Below are positions 7,865-20,293 of a stretch of DNA of 31,202 nt, in pieces. The DNA comes from Macrostomum lignano (lineage: Eukaryota): NCBI GenBank assembly GCA_002269645.1, contig NIVC01004926.1, positions 1 through 31,202 of the forward strand, written 5' to 3'. The position numbers and the translations under genes were made by a program. Numbering within the stretch: the first letter of the stretch is position 1; the number at the start of each line of letters is the position of its first letter. Under the pieces are notes generated by a model. The model saw nothing but the letters and a program-made list of their open reading frames with translations. It did not search any database and was not told the DNA's origin.

Positions 7865-10800
7865 TTATTTTTGAAGATCCACAACATTCTGCAAGGCGTA
7901 TTTCAGCTTCTCAACGGCCAACAGGCAGTCCTGACGGGTCAGATCGTTGTGAGTGAGCAATCTAATGATGGTCTCAGAGACGGCGGGAGCTCGTAAACGA
8001 ATCTTGCAGGAGTCGGTTGGCTGGAGAAAATGAAACAGGATTCGATGTGAATTATTAGTTCTGGAGCTGGTGGTTGGTGCTGGATTTCGTGCTTGTGGAA
8101 TTCACACCCGGATGTACATGTCTGATGGGGATTAGGAAGTTATTAAAAGGCCGTTGTACAACCCTGTGTGAGTGTGTGTATGATGAAGCTCCATGCAGCC
8201 CTCGTAGGAGTATATATATTATTCTTATCATCAATATAGAAGCCCTGGAATATGTAAATTTTAGAATTAAGAAAGTGATTTGGGGTAGAATATTAACATA
8301 ACGATCTTTGAAACAAACTAATTAAGATAGTAACTAATATAATATAATAAACGAGTTAACTATTTCGACATACAACAGGCGTGTGTGTAGGTTATGAGGA
8401 GACAAAAAAGTTCAACCCAATTACTCTCCAGACTGCAGTGCAATGATGCCTATACAGTAAACTAGAGATCATCAAGGACTACTGAAAAGAAACTAATTAA
8501 TAATTAAACATATCTGTTTAAACAGTCTACCGATTAAGAGATCAAAGCTTTTTAAGACTGGCTTACCTCTTCAATAATAGTCTGCAGTTGGTCGATACTT
8601 ATTGGAGCATCCTTAGTAAGTTTAATTTGCATTACATTGGTCTGCGGCTTCTCAAACACCAGCCAGTCGGGTAGGTTGACCTGAGACACACCTGTGCGGA
8701 ATGAGATTGAGAAAAACTTTATTGCATTTTGACCACAATAACACATATAACTAGGTTTGGAAGTATCCTATAGCTCTTTGTGTCACTCTGTAGCACTTTG
8801 TAGCCTTCTATAGCTCTTTGTAGCATTCTTTAGCTCTGCGTAGCCTTCTGTAGCTCTTTGTAGCATTCTTTAGCTTTTTGCAGCACTCTGTAGCTCTTTG
8901 TAGCACTCTGTACTTCTTTGTGGTATCCTGTGGATTTTGTAGCACTCTGTAGCTCTTTGTATCACTCTGTAGCTCTTTTTAGCACCCTGTAGCTCCGTGT
9001 AGCACTCTGCACCCTGTAGCTCTGTGTAGCACTCTGCACCCTGTAGCTCTGTGTAGCACTCTGCACCCTGTAGCTCTGTGTAGCACTCTGCACTCTGTAG
9101 CTCTGTGTAGCACTCTGCACCCTGTAGCTCTGTGTAGCACTCTGCACCCTGTAGCTCTGTGTAGCACTCTGCACTGTAGCTCCGTGTAGCACTCTGCACT
9201 CTGTAGCTCCGTGTAGCACTCTGCACTCTGTAGCTCCGTGTAGCACTCTGCACCCTGTAGCTCCGTGTAGCACTCTGCACTCTGTAGCTCTGTGTAGCAC
9301 TCTGCACCCTGTAGCTCTGTGTAGCACTCTGCACTCTGTAGCTCCGTGTAGCACTCTGCACCCTGTAGCTCCGTGTAGCACTCTGCACTCTGTAGCTCCG
9401 TGTAGCACTCTGCACTCTGTAGCTCTGTGTAGCACTCTGCACCCTGTAGCTCTGTGTAGCACTCTGCACTCTGTAGCTCCGTGTAGCACTCTGCACCCTG
9501 TAGCTCCGTGTAGCACTCTGCACTCTGTAGCTCCGTGTAGCACTCTGCACCCTGTAGCTCTGTGTAGCACTCTGCACCCTGTAGCTCTGTGTAGCACTTT
9601 GCACTCTGTAGCTCTGTGTAGTACTCTGCACCCTGTAGCTCTGTGTAGCACTTTGCACTCTGTAGCTCTGTGTGGCACCCTGTAGCTCTTTGTAGCACTC
9701 TGCACTCTGTAGCTCTTTGTAGCACACTGTAGCTCTTTGTAGCACTCTTTAACTCTTTGTAAAACCACGTGGCTCTTTGTAACAAATACAACTCTTTGTA
9801 ACATTTTGTAGCTCTTTGTAGCACTCCAGCTCTTTGTAGAACCCAATAGCACTTTTTGGAATTCTGTAGCTCTGTGTAGCATCATGTGGCCCTCATCTTT
9901 TCTACCAAAATGACTATCATTTTTAATTGCCTTAAAATTCTTTTTGACTAAACTAAAAGTGAATAAAAATTGGCACAATTTCCAACTAACCTGAATAGAT
10001 CAGCTGGGCATTGGCGTGATCAGCTGACAGGGTGTCCTTGGCTACGTCCAGCGAATAGCTGGCCGCAGCGGCCAAAAGTCCAGGCTGTCTGGCGGCGCCG
10101 CCGAGCGCTTTGCGAATTCGACGGCAACTGAAATTATTTTGACAGGCGCCAAAAATTTAGAACAAGAAACTACTAAGTTATTTTTAACTCCGTACTCAGG
10201 CTTGATGGATTTAATTTTGAACTTTTCCGACTCATGCCAGCTTGGAATTACAATTCTGAGAGTTATTCAGTGTACACGTAGAGTACATAGACAGCACTTA
10301 CTAACTAATAGTATCAGCATCCGATGCGATGCAGGACCCGACGGGTGCGCCGAGACCCTGGAAAAAAACAGAGAAATGAATTCATGCAGAAAAACTGCTA
10401 GGAATTCTTAGTTGCATCTACGAGATCAGGGGGCGGCGAATTCTAACCCGCGAAGCCTCTCTATTCGGCGCTCGGGTCTTTTGAAACTTCACAATAGCAA
10501 TCCGACCCGCTCAAGGCTTGGCTCTTCTCAGCTCCCTTCTCTCATCTTTTTTCTCTCTCGTCTCCTCTCTTCTCTCCTCTCTCCTCTCTTCTCTCCTCTC
10601 TCCTTTCTTCTCTTCTCTCTTTTGTCTCTCCTCTCCTCTCACCCCTCTTTTCTTTCTCGTCTCGTCTCTTCTCTTCCCTCTTTGTCTCCTCTCCTCTCTT
10701 CTCTCCCCTCTTTTTCTCTCTCTCTCCTCTCCTCTCTTCTCTCCCCTCTTTATTCTCTCTCGTCTCCTCTCTTCTCTTCCCTCTTTTTCTCTCTCCTCTC

Positions 10801-12870
10801 CTCTCTTCTCTCCCCTCTCCTCTCTTCTCTTCCCTCTTTTGTCTCTCCTCTCCTCTCTCCCCTCTTTTTCTTTCTCGTCTCTTCTCTTCCCTCTTTGTCT
10901 CCTCTTTTCTCTTTTCTCCCCTCTTTTTCTCTCTCTCTTCTCTCCCCTCTTTTTCTCTCTCGTCTCCTCTCTTCTCTCTCCTCTCCTCTCTTCCCTCTTT
11001 TGTCTCTCCTCTCCTCTCTTCTCTCCCCTCTTTTTCTCTCTCGTCTCCTCTCTTCTCTCTCCTCTCCTCTCTTCTCTCCCCTCTTTTTCTCTCTCGTCTC
11101 CTCTCTTCTCTCTCCTCTCCTCTCTTCTCTCTCCTCTCCTCTCTTCTCTTCCCTCTTTTCTCTCTCCTCTCCTCTCTTCTCTCTCGTCTCCTCTCTTCTC
11201 TCTCCTCTCCTCTCTTCTCTCCCCGCTTTTTTTCTCTCGTCTCCGCTCTTCTCTCCCCTCTTTTTCTCTCTCGTCTCCTCTCTTCTCTTCCCTCTTTTTC
11301 TCTCTCGTCTCCTCTCTTCTCTCTCCTCTCCTCTCTTCTCTCCCCTCTTTTTCTCTCTCTCTTCTCTCCTCTCTTCTCTCCCCTCTTTTTCTCTCTCTCT
11401 TCTCTCCTCTCTTCGCTCCCCTCTTTCTCTCTCTCGTCTCCTCTCTTCTCTCTCCTCTCCTCTCTTCTCTTCCCTCTTTTGTCTCTCCTCTCCTCTCTCC
11501 CCTCTTTTCTTTCTCGTCTCTTCTCTTCCCTCTTTGTCTCCTCTCCTCTCTCCTCTCTTCTCTCCCCTTTTTTCTCTCTCTCTTCTCTCCTCTCTTCTCT
11601 CCCCTCTTTTTTCTCTCTCGTCTCCTCTCTTCTCTCCCCTCTTTTTCTCTCTCCTCTCCTCTCTTCTTTTCCCTCTTTTGTCTCTCCTCTCCTCTCTCCC
11701 CTCTTTTCTTTCTCGTCTCTTCTCTTCCCTCTTTGTCTCCTCTCCTCTCTCCTCTCTTCTCTCCCCTTTTTTCTCTCTCTCTTCTCTCCTCTCTTCTCTC
11801 CCCTCTTTTTTCTCTCTCGTCTCCTCTTTTCTCTTCCCTTTTTTGTCTCTCCTCTCCTCTCTCCCCTCTTTTCTTTCTCGTCTCTTCTCTTCCCTTTTTT
11901 GTCTCTCCTCTCCTCTCTCCCCTCTTTTCTTTCTCGTCTCTTCTCTTCCCTCTTTGTCTCTTCTCTCCTCTCTTCTCTCTCCTCTCTTCTCTCTCCTCTC
12001 TTCTCTCTCCTCTCTTCTATCTCCTCTCTTCTCTCCCCTCTTTTCTTTCTCGTCTCTTCTCTTCCCTCTTTGTCTCTTCTCTCCTCTCTTCTCTTTCCTC
12101 TCTTCTCTCTCCTCTCTTCGATCTCCTCTCTTCTCTCCCCTCTTTCCTCTCTTCTCTCCCCTCTTTCTATCTCCTCTCTTTCTCCCTTCTCTTCCCTCTC
12201 TCCTCTTCTCCCCTCTTTCATCCTCTATTCTCTCTTACATAGCCCGAAGCTATATGTAAAAGAAACCAGCTTGCCAACCCCTGAACTATATCCTCAGATT
12301 CTCACCTTTGAGAAACAAATAGTCACTGAACTGACATATCTGCCATACTCAATAGGGTCGATACCCAAAGCCACGGCTGCATTGATCAGTCTGGCTCCAT
12401 CAACGTGCAGCTTCATGCCGTACCTGTTGCAGAGCTCTCTGGCCTGCGGATGTCGGAGTGCATAGGGAAATTTATTGCATAGGAGCGATAGCGGACAGGC
12501 AGACATTGGCTAGAGGAGGGAAGAGCCAGTTTAGCAGTAAACGCGTCTCTAACTCTCACGCTACGACCCCTACCCTGGTTCCACTCCGTGTGAGGCCACA
12601 TCATTTGGGGCTTGTGGTGCACAAAAATTGTTATTGTATGTGCTGTTCAGCCATTCACGCCCATGAGGGCCAGCCACCAAAACCTGACAATTTAAAATAC
12701 AAATGTGGGACCCCTGTACACCCAGTGTGAGCGTATGTGAGTGCTTGCCTGCGTAAAGTATTCATGTCTTGTATGGATTGACAATAAAATTGATAATTGA
12801 CTAAAACATATAGACAGACAGAAAACTAAGACTTTGTTACAGACAGACTCCCAGAGAGTTAATTACAGAA

Positions 12871-12921
<51 letters not shown>

Positions 12922-12985
12922 AAACTAAGACTTTGTTACAGACAGACTCCCAGAGAGTTAATTACAGAAAGACAGACAGACAGAA

Positions 12986-13036
<51 letters not shown>

Positions 13037-15135
13037 AAGACAGACAGACAGAAAGACAGACAGACAGAAAGACAGACAGACAGACAGACAGAAAGACAGA
13101 CAGACAGACAGACAGTCAGACAGACAGACAGACAGGAAGACAGACAGAAAGACAGACAGACAGACAGACAGACAGAAAGACAGACAGACAGACAGACAGT
13201 CAGACAGACAGACAGACAGGAAGACAGACAGACAGACAGGAAGACAGACAGACAGACAGACAAACAGACAAAGACACCGATACGCATCCCCTCACCTCGG
13301 CAAAGTAAGCCACGGGAAGCACTTTGCCACCGGCCAGTCCGTGCGTGTTCTCCAGGCACAGCGCCCTGGTGATTGGATAGTGCGGGTCCTCCGCATTGGT
13401 GCGGATCAGGCGCCGGCACTGCTCCAGGCAGAGGGTGCCGTTAGGATTGGTGCTGACCGCCCTGTGGTGCGCGCCGGCGAATGAGGCCAAACTGCCCTAT
13501 GGAGAAAATGTTTATTTGTTTGTTATAAAAACATTGAGCTTCTATAAAGACCTGAGGAGACGACAAAATTGTTTCGAGACAAAGACCTCAAGCAGTGTCC
13601 TTAAGCGATGCAAGACTTTAATACAGGTAATCAAATGAGACAAAGACCTTAGTACAGGTAGGTTAGCGAGACAAGGGCCTCAATTCTGGAAGCAGAGCAA
13701 AAATAAAGACCTTAGCGATGAAAATAGAGTAAAACAAAGACCTAAATAATGGAAGATTAAGACTTCAAGTACTAAAAGTAGTGCAACACAAAGATCTTGG
13801 CACCGGAAGTATACTAGACATAGGCACCAATGGAAGTAGAGTGAACAAAGACCTCAGTACCGGAAGTAGTGCAAAACAAAGACCTTAGCACTAGAAGTAC
13901 TGTAAGACAAAGACAGCAATGGAAGTAAAGTAGACAAAGACCTCAGTACTGGAAGTAGTACAACATAATGAACTTATCAATGGAAGTGGAGTAGACAAAG
14001 ACCTTAGCACCGAAAGTAGTGCAAAACAAAGACCTTAGCAATGGAAGTAGAGTAGTCGAGTAGACAAAGAGGTAAGTACTCGAGATTAGAGCAAGACAAA
14101 TATCTTTGTCAGGCTAGTAAAATATCAAATCCATACATTTTTGCATGTATATATACAGCTATTCAAGCAGTTCAAATAGTTAATAGAATACCTGTTCGTA
14201 TAGATGAATATGACACAGATCGCCCAAGATAACTTCTGAACCTCGCTCCCTACAGTGCGACATCACGGGCAGTAAGTTGCCCATAGTGCCGCTAGTGACA
14301 AATAGTCCAGCTTCTTGGCCAAGCATTTTAGCGACTCGCGACTCCAGTTCTGTTCATTTTTTAGAAATAAAATTAGACATGTAAGCACATTAGTTTATCT
14401 TCTAAAAGCGCTGAAGTTGCTTCGAAAACAGTGGAGGCCCTGAACTAAAAGTGACATCCCTGACACTAAAAGTAGGTCTCTCGCACTAAAAGCGGGGTCT
14501 CTAACATTAAAACTGGCGTCTCTGACACTAAAAGTGGAATCCTTGACATTAAAACTGGCGTCTTCTCTGACACTAAAATGGGCATCTCTGAGCTCTGACA
14601 CTAAAAGTGGCGTCTTCTCTGACACTAAAAGTGGCGTCTTCTCTGACACTAAAAGTGGCATCTCTGACACTAAAAGTGGCGTCTTCTCTGACACTAAAAG
14701 TGGCGTCTTCTCTGACACTAAAAGTGGCATCTCTGACACTAAAATGGGCATCTCTGACACTAAAATGACGTCTTTTCTGACACTAAAACTAAAAGTGGCT
14801 TAAAAGCACAGGATTTGCACTAATAAATACACATGCCAGAAAAACTCACCCATCACAGTGGTATTCTCGCCAAACACATCGTCTCCATAGCTAACTGATT
14901 CAATCATTGCTTTCATCATACCTGGTGTTGGTTTGCTCAGCACATCGCTACGAAAATCTACTATTCTAGCTCCAGCATCGTCACTAATGCTGGTTTGCCT
15001 GTGCTTTTGTTTTTCTCCACTATTGTATTGATAGCTAAGCAATCGCTTAGCAAAAGAAATTAAGCAAGCTGGTGTTACACTGGGTGCATTTAGATGGGTA
15101 ATTGTCTGACTAAAAAATGTGACTGCCTTTAGCAT
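7865..15135 (-). CDS. THA1: Low-specificity L-threonine aldolase (PLP-dependent, GLY1/LtaE family), 8 exons, 418 aa
   Basis: Exons 15135-14850, 14349-14192, 13496-13296, 12443-12306, 10357-10302, 10127-9991, 8691-8567 and 8020-7865 join in phase with GT-AG sites (1257 nt). Family motifs: [37 protein letters not shown]|GLGAPVG (PLP Lys), RKALGG..RQ, IRLLTH. Confidence 0.93.
8770..9870. repeat. Minisatellite, 27-nt unit GTAGCACTCTGCAC(C/T)CTGTAGCTC(T/C)GT with 20-nt variant flanks (aldolase intron 6)
   Basis: Direct tandem periodicity; 9-aa repeats in ORF track; degenerate related copies near 7700-7780. Confidence 0.95.
10427..12283. mobile_element. Non-autonomous hAT-like DNA element (copy 1) containing ~1.7 kb CT-rich simple repeat
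   Basis: Ends CAGGGGGCGGCGAA...GCTTGCCAACCCCTG are imperfect TIRs; first ~100 nt align with the element at 30876; CAGGGG-type TIRs are typical of hAT/Charlie-like elements. Confidence 0.7.
12810..13272. repeat. (GACA)n microsatellite with an embedded duplicated spacer block
   Basis: Direct; block AAAACTAAGACTTTGTTACAGACAGACTCCCAGAGAGTTAATTACAG present twice. Confidence 0.95.
13570..14100. repeat. Degenerate ~30-35 nt tandem repeat (ACAAAGACCT...GGAAGTAG)
   Basis: Recurrent ACAAAGACC and GGAAGTAG cores. Confidence 0.8.
14440..14797. repeat. Minisatellite, 21/24-nt units TCTGACACTAAAAGTGGC(GTCTTC/ATC)
   Basis: Direct tandem periodicity. Confidence 0.92.
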
Positions 15136-15894
15136 AATGGCTATTGTTAGCTGCAATGAGATTATGGAATATCCATTGGAAAATTTGTCTAAAAAGTAGA
15201 AAAATCACAGACAATTAACCAGATAGCATCTGGTCATTTAGAAGGTTCTTGTACTTTTAATAAACTATAATTAGCTAGAATAGATAAAAATCATGTTATA
15301 TTTGTCCAACAAAATAGTCACCCCTGTGTGTAATAATAGCCTGCCAATGAGTTACAGGTCACTCTTTATAAGTGGCAGTTTTAGTTGCATACTATAGACT
15401 GCAATTAGTTCAGCTTAAAGCCAATACTCAGCTTAAAGCCAACAACTATAGTTTTGGGATGGGGATTATTCATAAGAATTGATTTCATCAACCTAAACTT
15501 AACCCAACCAAATGGTCAATAGCCAACCATTAGGGCATGGTCAATGGGTGGTTTCAGGATATAAAGATTTTTATAATGATTGCTTTTATCAACCCTAACT
15601 TTAAACAAGGCATGGAAACCTACTCAAAATTAGAATAAATAATAATTCTAGCCCATAATATATATAAATAAAGCTTGAATTTAAAACCAGCCATATAAAA
15701 CCTAGATAAAGAATAAAATTATGATCTTATCAAAGCTAAAACTAATTTAAAACTGCAACTATAAATAACTAATTTTACTTTTTTTTGAGAAAATTATTAT
15801 ATATAAAATATGTCCTGGGCAATATAATGCTGTGTATACTGGGGAGCCAGATTTTTTAAATGTATATTACACAATGATGCATGGTTAAAGGCCC

Positions 15895-16138
15895 TGTCAA
15901 CTTAAGCTCATAAAGTGGAGCCCAAGTAACCTATGTACACAAATGATACATTCTGCTCATAGTGATACCAGGAGCAGGGTTTGGCAGTGACTAAAATTGG
16001 ACTTGGGATAGAGAACAAGCAAGGGGATAATTATAGAGACTCTAGATAGATAAGTTATTAGTTACCAAATTAGCAAAATTAGTTATTTATAGTTGCAGTT
16101 TGAAATGACTCAGCTCACTTTACAAGCTTAAGTTGACA
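15895..16138. mobile_element. MITE-like element, TIR TGTCAACTTAAGC
   Basis: 5' tgtcaacttaagctcataaagtg and 3' cactttacaagcttaagttgaca are inverted; homologous to 18449-18962. Confidence 0.65.
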
Positions 16139-17504
16139 TATAATAGTCTCTTAACTATCTACAAATCAAATAGTTATACATCTGCTTGGCCAAGCCAGAA
16201 CCTATTGTTTTCTTTATACTAGTATTGTTCATTTATATCCACTATCTTATCTTCCACCTTGCGCTTATTGAAAAAGTTGTTTCTATGGCAGTAAAAACTT
16301 TTTAAAGGTGCAAATCCTCAGTCAAAATTTTGTTCCTTTGCTATTTTTTCAATTTCTACAAAGTCAACAAGGTCTTAGACACAAATTTTTGGATCCTTTT
16401 CAACAAGAGCTTATGTTATAGGGCTTAGTCCTATCTTCTGAATTATGCCACCAAGTTGTTGCAGGGAAAACTTCACTCTATGAAAATCCTTTGTTAGTAT
16501 GTGCCGGCGTACATATCCATGCACTTGTATGCCTGCTCAGGGAAGTCAGCGGAATGGGCAGTAATGCCTCTTGCCGGTTGTGTGCCTATGTGGCTTAAAG
16601 TGCACCAGGGTGGACACAACCCCCCTGCCACTAATAAAAAATAGCACCTATATAAATTGCATATAGCTAGGCCTAGTTAGAGACAAAACTTCTCATTGAA
16701 AATTCATAAAATCTAAATAGAAATGGTAGTTTGCTTAGTAGATAAGGTCACTAATCAGACTGTCATATATTCAATTTTGTTTTATTGGATGATGAAGTAA
16801 CCAGAAACAAAGTAGCTTTGAAAAAAAAGATGACAAAGTGACCAAATATTTTGTTATGCTAGACATTTCATTATCAACCAATCAATCTATGTAAGATTTG
16901 AGTTAGTAGAAACTATTTTTTGCCTTTATTAACTATAAGCTGCAGTAAGCAGAACCAATCAATTAATAGGTTTTATAATAGAGATGACAAACTGACTGGG
17001 ATCATTAGGATTCTAAATAGGCCTAAATATATTTAATTGCAACATTAATTCACTTGGAAATTAGAACTAATATAATTGGTAATTGACAAAATGATTCTCT
17101 TCAGGTAGTGCATGCTAATTAAGATGACAAAGTGACCTTAGGCCTAGTCAAGGTGAGCACCCCAGATATCCCAGATGACAAAATGGCAGGTAATGAAATA
17201 ACTAGGAACTAGAACTTTTGACTAGGGGGAGGGGGGAGGGGCTATTGTTGGGTATATTTCTAAATCTGCTTTTGAGTATAGTGTTGGGGTCTAATAATAA
17301 GCCTATGTTAAATTTGGGTTGCTAAAGATAGTTCTAAAAATTAAAAATAAATAATAATTTAAGGCTAAGGTTAGGCCGAGACTAAGTCATATTGTCAATT
17401 TAGTTTCATAAATTAGTATTTAAGCTAGGCCTAGTGCAATGCATTTTACAGAACATCAACATGCAACAAAGATATCATGTCCTTTGCTTAGATGGACCTA
17501 GGTG

Positions 17505-18275
17505 ACTATAGCTAGGCTGGTTTCCAGTCAATCCAGCAACAGGATGATCCGGCGACAGACAATCTGGTGATAGTCAAAATGGCGACAGTCAATCCGGCGA
17601 CAGTCAATCTGGCAAAAATTTGTAGTAAAAAGCTATTACATGAAAGCTGGTGATTGCTATTTAAACAGATTAAACAGAGCTTTTATTGTTATAATTATTA
17701 GGCCTATGATTATTATTTTTATTATAATTGTTATTAACTTTTTTATTAGAATGTATGCAAAAATAACTGAGAGAATTGGAATTTATCAGGTTCAAAATGC
17801 GTCGATTTGGATTAACTATCAACAGCTTGTTTTCTTATATTTATGATAGGCCTACATATACATGTATTGTTTTAAAAATGGGGAACTGCATTAAATCAAA
17901 GCGCTCTTTTATATTTCACTAATGGCCACATACTACATGCAGTTTTATCATTTGCAGATACATTAAAATGCGTTTGATGTGAGTTGTGACATCCTAAACT
18001 GCCAGAAGTACGGACAAAATGTAAAATTTTTATTAGAAAAGATATACTCATTGTCCTAAGGTAAATTCTTTATCTCTATATGTAAAATTGAAAACTAGAG
18101 TAATTCATGTAAAGTTTTGTTATATATTCAAATTTTTATCTAAAATCAGTAAAATCTATATACAATACAAAATCTGTCCCTGGATTGTCTATCGCCAATT
18201 TGACTGTCGCCAGTTTGTCTGTCACCGGATTGTCTTGTCGCCGGATTGTCTGGAAGCTGCTTGGCCTAGCCTAGG
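17505..18275. mobile_element. Foldback/MITE-like element with ~100-nt inverted termini built from ~15-nt subrepeats
   Basis: GACAATCCGGCGACA-type repeats at ~17520-17612 mirrored by TGTCGCCGGATTGTC-type repeats at ~18175-18255; AT-rich interior. Confidence 0.6.
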
Positions 18276-18448
18276 CCTAACCTAATCACAAATGACACAA
18301 AGTAGGCTTAGCCCTAGGTCTTGCCCCTCAGCCTCAGCCTACATGTTTATAAAAATTGGATATAAAAAATAACTCTAAAACCTATTTTTAGGTTTTTTAA
18401 ATTGTAACGTTAGAATTTCATTCTCACATAGCTAAGAAAATACAAAGG

Positions 18449-18962
18449 GCCTATCAACTTAAGCTCATAAAGTGGAGCCCAAGTACCAATGTTCACAAGT
18501 GATACATCATTCTGACATTCACATTTCACAGTGACACCAAGAAGGTAGGTTTGGCAAAAAAGTGACAAAAGTTGGACTTAGGATAAGGAAAAACAAGCAA
18601 GGGGATAATTTGGAAAATTATTTCAACTTTAGCTCATAAAGTAGGGTAAAGTTCTTGACCTTATTATCCCCTCGCTTTTTCTCCCGATCTCCTTTATGGC
18701 TATCTCAAGTCCAACTTTCGTCACTTTTTTGCCCAAGCCAAACTCATTCCAGCTGTGCTAAATGCTGAGATTCCAGCTGTGCTAAATGCTGAGATTCCAG
18801 CTGCGCTAAATTCTGAGATTCCAGCTGTGAGCTGCGCTAAATTCTGAGATTCCAGCTGTGCTAAATGCTGAAGCTTCTTAATGACACTGTGAACGGAATG
18901 ATGCATCATTTGTGTACATTGGTTACTCGGGCTCCACTTTTATAAGCTTAAGTTGACAGGCT
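18449..18962. mobile_element. MITE-like palindromic element (same family as 15895-16138) with internal 24-nt tandem repeat
   Basis: Left arm 18449-~18612 is mirrored by the right arm ~18661-18962; ATTCCAGCTG(T/C)GCTAAAT(G/T)CTGAG repeated at ~18746-18870. Confidence 0.7.
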
Positions 18963-20293
18963 TTTACTGACTAGCATAGATGTTTATTGTTGCGCCACAT
19001 ATTCGTCCAAGGTCGAATCAAGGACGACTTAAGTAGACGACTTAAGTCGTCCTTGGGTCGAATTCTAAAGAAATCTTAGAAAAAAACATATAAATTTTTG
19101 CTTTTAAAGAACAATAAAAACATAACAAAGAAGACTTTAAAGTATAAAAATAGAACTATGTATTCAACATTAATTAATAAAGACTGTTTCTTATTATATA
19201 ATAAATTATAAACATGCATTTTTATTTGCACTTGTTTCTTATCTGTATTTGTATGCTGCAGCGGTAATTTAGTTTGTTCTTCATCAGAAATTTTAGACGA
19301 TCCTTCTATCTAGTGGTCCCTTATCAATCACTAGTACAAATTTTATCACCAATAAAACGCGTAATTCGTAAAGTGCCAAACAAAATAATGTCTAAAAGCT
19401 AAATGTTAGAAAGTAGAATATTTCACAATTCAAATGTAAACACCAATTTCAGAAAATCTTGTCCTTTTTGACGAGCTTCTGCTAAAAGCACAGACTAAGT
19501 TTTACAAAAGGCATAGTGTTACAGTTTATAGACTTTAGAAATTCACAAGATTATCAAGATGCTGCCAGTCAATTGGAGTACCACAATTACTATAAATTAG
19601 TACTTTGTGAAGTTAGTGTTGTGCTTTTAATCTTAATGATGTTGCATTAGGCCATGGATGAATCTCTAATCTACTTTCCTGATGCTGCAAAAAGAAAATA
19701 TGGAAATATTGTTTGGATAATAGTATGGATATCTATTATAAATTAGAGATAAATATTTTTCTTAAAAATGTATTTATTTTCTTGGATGGTTTTTGGGAAT
19801 TTATAGGCTTATAGGCTTGTATTTAGTGCTTAATTTAGAGAAAAGATTAAGTTAGAAGACAAAAGAATATTTGAGTATAGCAACCAATAAGAGAGGTTTA
19901 GCAAGTGACTTTTAGCCAATCTTAAAGCTTTAAGAACATTAGCTATGTGTCTAATTCTAAGTTTGAAATTTTTTGGCAAACACCATAGATTCATTACATT
20001 AGCTACTTGTTCAAAAATGGAAAACATTTTTAATTTTGTAAAGAATATATACTTAGAGATTTCAAACTCTTAAGAAATAGATATAGATATATAATATACT
20101 CTTGTAAAATTTTGGTTATAGCAAAACTATATTATAAATAACCAATAAAAATAAAAAAGCTTTGTTCATAAGTGAATTTAAAAAAAAAATTCTTTTTAAT
20201 AATAATTATATTTTCATAAAGACTCAAATTTTTATTTATCAATTTTTAATTTATAATAAAAAATTTATTTTTTATGCAGCACAGTCAGTAAGC

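Noticed and set aside
8143-8244. In-frame acceptor plus 33 codons in aldolase intron 7 (possible alternative last exon)
   Set aside because: No family similarity; the 8020-7865 exon supplies the conserved IRLLTH C-terminus.
8870-9978. Three overlapping 281-338 aa ORFs
   Set aside because: Translations of a 27-nt intronic minisatellite.
10412-12465. 559-615 aa S/L/P/F- or E/R/K-rich ORFs
   Set aside because: Stop-free CT simple repeat inside an intronic MITE.
12834-13484. 216-aa QTDR-repeat ORF on plus
   Set aside because: (GACA)n microsatellite plus antisense of aldolase exon 3.
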